Positions 60,301-64,000 of a DNA stretch of 64,000 nt are shown in pieces. Position numbers and translations under genes: made by a program. The stretch is from positions 32,001 to 96,000 of IMG/VR virus record IMGVR_UViG_3300017912_003441; one strand, 5' to 3'. The notes beneath the pieces are model-generated. The model saw nothing but the letters and a program-made list of their open reading frames with translations. It did no database searches and was not told the origin of the DNA. The first letter of the stretch is position 1, and every line of letters begins with the position of its first letter. The DNA comes from a virus. Its lineage: Duplodnaviria; Caudoviricetes.

Positions 60301-62462
60301 ATACAACCCGCAGACCTTAAGCCCCAGTTTGTAGTCGCGTTAGAACAAAATCTTCCATTATTGTATGCACAAACAACACCAGTACCCCCACCGTGTATAC
60401 CTGCTGTATGACTACTAAAATAAAGTCCATTATTACCTGTAATTCTGTACCAATCAGATGTAACACATATACCACCAGCAGATACAATTGCACAAGATCC
60501 TGTCGCTGTTGAGCAAATCCGACCACCTACAATATTACCATATACACAAGTTGTATTACACAATCTGATATCAGTACTAGAGTTTACTAAAATTCTAGCA
60601 TTACCACCAGAGTCATATATATGAATTTGATTATCACAATTAAAATGTAAACAACCACGCCCAGCACCACAACTAAATCCTTGTAGACCGATATTATTAG
60701 CTTGACCACTATAAAACCGAACATTATTTGTCGCAGTAGAATAAAAATGAAATCCTGTACCTGTGTTATATAGTCCTTGACCTGAATTAGCATTTCTAAA
60801 CCACGAACCAGAACAAATTTCAGTACCACATATATTACCTGTAGAGTGTACACAAGCTGTTCTTACACAAGTTGTACCACAAATAGCAGCACTCTGTACA
60901 CATGATGTACCACAAATAACAGGTGCGTATAATTTACCTGTAAGAATCTGACCACCGTCTTGTATACACTGTAAATTTACACTAGCACTGGTACAATAAC
61001 AACCAGCAGGCCAACAAGCATTAAAACATGAAGTACTATAAGGTACACATGCATCACAACACCACGAATTTAGAAAATACCAACCACTTGAGTGTATATT
61101 ATCTCCTGCTTCATATGCTACGAGATTATTAGTCGCATCACACACATAAACCTGCAAAGCAGCACCGTCGTATGTACTAGAATCCTTTATTCGAATACAC
61201 TGCATAGGTTGATTAATATATCTACTATAGCTTAATACATTAATACTGTTACCTTCTCCATACATATGAGTGGCATAAAACACAACATATTGATGCCTAC
61301 TACCAGTTGTATCTCTAAGAACAAATCTACCACCAGCTCTACTACCTGTATTAATAAAAATTGTATGCCAACCTACAGGAAGATTAGCGCTTGCATTTAC
61401 TTGAGGTAAATAACGGGTACCCATAATACTCCATGTCGGGAACGAACGAGTCATACTAGTTGTAGAACACAAACAATTAACGCTCAACTGACCAGCTATT
61501 GTATTACACACATCCCCAACGGTACATATAGAACATACACGTGCTTGACCTGTTGCACAAACAGTAGCTCCTCTAAGACAACTAGTACCACATATTCTCG
61601 GAGATTGTAAACAAACACAACCGTATACTCCACCGCCTTGACACATTACCATAGCTGTAGTGCCATTAGGATTTGCTGTGGCATCGGCGCAGTTATTTAC
61701 TACAAACTCAAACCGACCTCCTCCTGCTTCATCTCCTGCTATTATTTGGTTCACACCGTTATTACCAAGTTGAAGTTTATTCCAGCAAAATAATCCTCTA
61801 TAATTATTATTCCCGTCGCTATAACGAGCTGCATAAATCGGATATTTTATACAACCTGTACAAGAACATATAAAACCACATGATGTGGAAGCGAACCTCA
61901 AACCCTGGTGGTTCAACTGAGCTAAATTTTGTGTTGTACCAGACCCATTATCTTCTTGCCAAACAAACCCTCTCTGGTAACTAGTACCAGACCCGTTGTT
62001 ACCTAACATTTTAAAATACATATTATAATCGCCTTGTGACCAAAGCTCACCAGCTCCACTACCTCCGGTCGAAGACATATATATTTTATAACTCTGGGAA
62101 CCGTTCCAGAATCTAATACCGTTACCATCCCCAGCGTCAACAAGGTAATTGTCTGAGTATGTATTACCAGAACTACGAAGACAGGAAGCAGCACACACAG
62201 TAGGAGTACACAAAGTATTACAAACTTTAGTATGAGTAGAGCCAGAGTCTCCGATGATAATAGGACAGTTACCAGCCGCGCGAAAATGGAGATTAGTACA
62301 ACTCTGTATTGTGTTATATAAGTTCTCTGAACCAACACATATATTACCAAAGCGCACACAACCACTAGCGTTATCACTATTCGCACGTATAGTAGGAGTA
62401 CATAAGGTACTTCCTGCAGTAAGCTCGACTACTTTTCCATATTGTTGACTTAATAATCCCAT
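57306..62462 (-). CDS. Cys-rich long tail-fibre protein
   Basis: [VI]C[GA]xxC[VL] repeats, NTAxGxxAL.NTTG beta-helix repeats, C-terminal F.I.HP...L.HSFVESP..DNIYR...LPDY domain. Confidence 0.8.
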   Translation of the reverse strand: MGLLSQQYGKVVELTAGSTLCTPTIRANSDNASGCVRFGNICVGSENLYNTIQSCTNLHFRAAGNCPIIIGDSGSTHTKVCNTLCTPTVCAASCLRSSGNTYSDNYLVDAGDGNGIRFWNGSQSYKIYMSSTGGSGAGELWSQGDYNMYFKMLGNNGSGTSYQRGFVWQEDNGSGTTQNLAQLNHQGLRFASTSCGFICSCTGCIKYPIYAARYSDGNNNYRGLFCWNKLQLGNNGVNQIIAGDEAGGGRFEFVVNNCADATANPNGTTAMVMCQGGGVYGCVCLQSPRICGTSCLRGATVCATGQARVCSICTVGDVCNTIAGQLSVNCLCSTTSMTRSFPTWSIMGTRYLPQVNASANLPVGWHTIFINTGSRAGGRFVLRDTTGSRHQYVVFYATHMYGEGNSINVLSYSRYINQPMQCIRIKDSSTYDGAALQVYVCDATNNLVAYEAGDNIHSSGWYFLNSWCCDACVPYSTSCFNACWPAGCYCTSASVNLQCIQDGGQILTGKLYAPVICGTSCVQSAAICGTTCVRTACVHSTGNICGTEICSGSWFRNANSGQGLYNTGTGFHFYSTATNNVRFYSGQANNIGLQGFSCGAGRGCLHFNCDNQIHIYDSGGNARILVNSSTDIRLCNTTCVYGNIVGGRICSTATGSCAIVSAGGICVTSDWYRITGNNGLYFSSHTAGIHGGGTGVVCAYNNGRFCSNATTNWGLRSAGCILAVSCMQANCNVCAGCDLVSGNATCVGEWVRFGSATRGLYWSGNCSLHLYPACSNTPYMHLRSCHSNTALVITTSDNTTARGYLYGNSSNNIGILDSNGNWAIRHVASSCTDFRIGNSVKMNLYTGCLCHCGIICAASCLRAPTVCATGCVTAPNVYSNGANVTNMAQGCCKWRQFMVCGDADTFYPVCYFRGYTFGYKRYSINRSYNSTAPNTWYTSTHKGGLNYTWEQTSDTQWGGNDRSFRVNQVREIYTTVIGGHVHTVSGGIVLLRGGGALYCYASDAMCNSCVCVYDGTGGTDSQGMPHSTCTYFCPGNCACVCALTCANAQTCRNSTICNTSAYPLQMQGVGNGSATTGCFCVVRSAGHLCAADSVCGPYIIGSTCARAPYVLATNCVHACCGITFTHSNWSGEKTKIQAHSCHLYFQNYNTGCFFFRNCAGSNILHLNCAGCLYVNNCIKAASNICSCLGITGSSYLRTPGYLQTGNHIYAWSQTQNCITFGVGNAAGNGWIHPLKVCRCGSVVIDGADRNSSLDTALLIWQCSNSDWAMRVCKNVGTATEYGIKVEMGASATYGYDAIFGGVRKFTVSYNRVCHNQNVCAGSCVVAPRVCGSTCVRGGVVCATSGFYGDGSNLTGISAGGSLCGSTGSANGSCTTLGYCALPSGTGTGNVAIGFKAMQATTSGFFNTASGYRVMCCNTTGHNNTAFGMQALFKNTTGFRNTAVGVSALYNNTASSNTAVGGCAMQQTTTGGQNTAVGVGALYATTSASSNTSSGYQSAYATTTGQQNTSMGAKSLRINTTGGQNVALGYYAMYSNTGGSTNVAIGCGALYGNTTGGNNIGIGKHAGCANTTACNRTYIGNASTTNTYICGALSKSSGCFNIPHPDPAKREKYDLVHSFVESPTEGDNIYRWTTETTNCRSVIELPDYYRYLNKNDQVWISPNRHFGNAYGEVTEDQKCLIVCSETDGNYNVLLIGTRKDAAVQSWEGPEVLAEKKYKE

Positions 62463-62468
62463 AGTATT

Positions 62469-64000
62469 TTAAAAAACTCTTTTAATTTTCACACATGTGT
62501 TATTTTTATATGACCCGCCCGCTACTTGAATTTGCAAGCAAGTTGCACAAGCAGCAGCATAACACTCGCACCCTGTTGTACCGACTAGTAATTTAGGTAC
62601 GGCAGTTATTGTCCCACCACCCGAATCATGTACAGTACCTCTAACAAAATTATTTACGTGGTTAATGTACTTAGTCACTGCTGAACCACTCCAACCTGTG
62701 GTAACATATACTGACATATGTACTATATCTCTATATGATCCTGAACCAGCACAATTCGGGTTAGCTGAAACATATACATCATATACTGCATCATACCCTG
62801 TTACACAACTAGTATTAAAACAAATAGTACCCGTACACATAGTAGCGCATGAAAGGGTATCTCCTTCCATACCATCAGCACAAACCGTACCTGTAACGCA
62901 TAGATTACCATGAACTTTTGTAAACTGACATATATGAGTTGTACCTGATGTAATTGTAATTCTTTCTGCTGCAGTACTATTTGCGCAACCTCTATGCAGT
63001 ATTAAATCTTCATCATAAGAACCAATACAACCAGTATTTACGATCCATGGTTTATTTACATAAAATTTACTTCTATCAGTTATAAAATGGCCCCAACTAC
63101 CTGTTGGGCAAATGTCTATATACCCAGCAGAAGAACACGTACGAGACCCATTAGCTAGAGTGCGGAATCTCGCCGCACCTGCTTGATAAAGGTAAGTAGA
63201 AGAACCACTACCAAAATATAGCACCCATTGATTGCAAGAATCGTTATAAATACCACCACCACCACAATCTGATGCTGACATAAAAGTTGTTCCACAGAAA
63301 TGAACACCACCATACCCTCCTTTGTTTCCTTCAATTGCCAATGCACCGTAATCAGAAGGTGCACTACCACTACTAGAAATAACATTAGTAGCTAAACATG
63401 TTGTACCACAAACTTTACCAGCAACAAATGTACTGTTACTAGAGTCTCCGTCATGCCTTTTAAGAGCTAAACTAGGGGCAGAGTAAGTGCCACCGGTCTG
63501 GAGATATGGGCCGCAATTAGATGGATAACACCACCTAACAATACTACCAGAAGTCTCAATAACATTCCCCGTAACACAACTTGTAGCACAAAGAACGGAA
63601 CCATGCACGCAAGCATTTAACATTTTACTTGAACCAATATAAAATCCTGAAGCTCCAGCTGTTTGATCTATACGTACTGTAGTTGAATCTTCAGTACTAT
63701 CAAAGTGAAACGAATTTCCAGCACCACTAGCATCACAAGAATCAGCATGAAAATGTCTAAGGTAACCTCTCTGGGTACTTGCAGGATTATCATTAAACAT
63801 AATTGACGTACCACCACCATTAAGACTATTAACAAGGTTAAGAGCATAACAAGCAGTCCCTCCGTCTTGAATTGCATTTAATACACCTACAGCACAGGTA
63901 CCTGCAACTGTTAACTTACCTCCTGTAATTGTACAAGTAGCTCGTAAACACACACTAGTAAAATCTTCTCCTAAAGATAATATACCACTATTACCTTCTA
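62469..64000 (-). CDS. Cys-rich tail-fibre protein, 5'-truncated
   Basis: Frame is open to the window edge; fibre-like modules (GYIDI.P..S.GHF.TDR..FY) with many Cys. Confidence 0.75.
   Translation of the reverse strand, partial: EGNSGILSLGEDFTSVCLRATCTITGGKLTVAGTCAVGVLNAIQDGGTACYALNLVNSLNGGGTSIMFNDNPASTQRGYLRHFHADSCDASGAGNSFHFDSTEDSTTVRIDQTAGASGFYIGSSKMLNACVHGSVLCATSCVTGNVIETSGSIVRWCYPSNCGPYLQTGGTYSAPSLALKRHDGDSSNSTFVAGKVCGTTCLATNVISSSGSAPSDYGALAIEGNKGGYGGVHFCGTTFMSASDCGGGGIYNDSCNQWVLYFGSGSSTYLYQAGAARFRTLANGSRTCSSAGYIDICPTGSWGHFITDRSKFYVNKPWIVNTGCIGSYDEDLILHRGCANSTAAERITITSGTTHICQFTKVHGNLCVTGTVCADGMEGDTLSCATMCTGTICFNTSCVTGYDAVYDVYVSANPNCAGSGSYRDIVHMSVYVTTGWSGSAVTKYINHVNNFVRGTVHDSGGGTITAVPKLLVGTTGCECYAAACATCLQIQVAGGSYKNNTCVKIKRVF

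Noticed and set aside
57615-63877. Alternative-frame ORFs inside the fibre genes
   Set aside because: By-products of biased codon use; Val/Leu-rich sequence without motifs
57306-64000. Cys excess as a sign of TGT/TGC codon reassignment
   Set aside because: The same codons supply required Cys in ferredoxin and dCMP deaminase, and the excess is limited to the fibre genes
1-64000. Stop-codon recoding
   Set aside because: Long conserved genes are intact in the standard code, and TAA, TAG and TGA all occur at natural gene ends
57306-64000. Diversity-generating retroelement targeting the fibres
   Set aside because: No reverse transcriptase and no template/variable repeat pair seen in the window

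Overview
The window is a 64-kb AT-rich fragment of a large T4-like tailed dsDNA phage using the standard genetic code. (1) 1-19.8 kb, mostly + strand: small terminase candidate, dUTPase, clamp loader, baseplate gp25/gp6 and large PKD/lectin/LamG baseplate or tail proteins. (2) 19.9-53 kb, mostly - strand: many small genes behind a family of sigma70-like promoters, plus 5 tRNAs, ferredoxin, bS21, thyX, dCMP deaminase, purT, RadA-like, HldE-kinase-like and ExbB-like genes. This part also holds a direct-repeat-flanked PlcP + glycosyltransferase cassette, a DUF2589 pair, a candidate structured ncRNA, and a + strand island with a pilin-like CxxCH protein and an ankyrin-class III nucleotide cyclase. 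(3) 53.5-64 kb: two very Cys-rich tail-fibre proteins followed by a GT9-fold glycosyltransferase with Lys at the catalytic-Asp position, a sulfotransferase and another glycosyltransferase. The best candidate for an undescribed system is cysteine-directed decoration (S-glycosylation, possibly sulfation) of the fibres, perhaps supported by a non-canonical tRNA-Cys. Several genes suggest a Verrucomicrobia/PVC host (inference). All calls are by-eye motif recognition; no searches were run.
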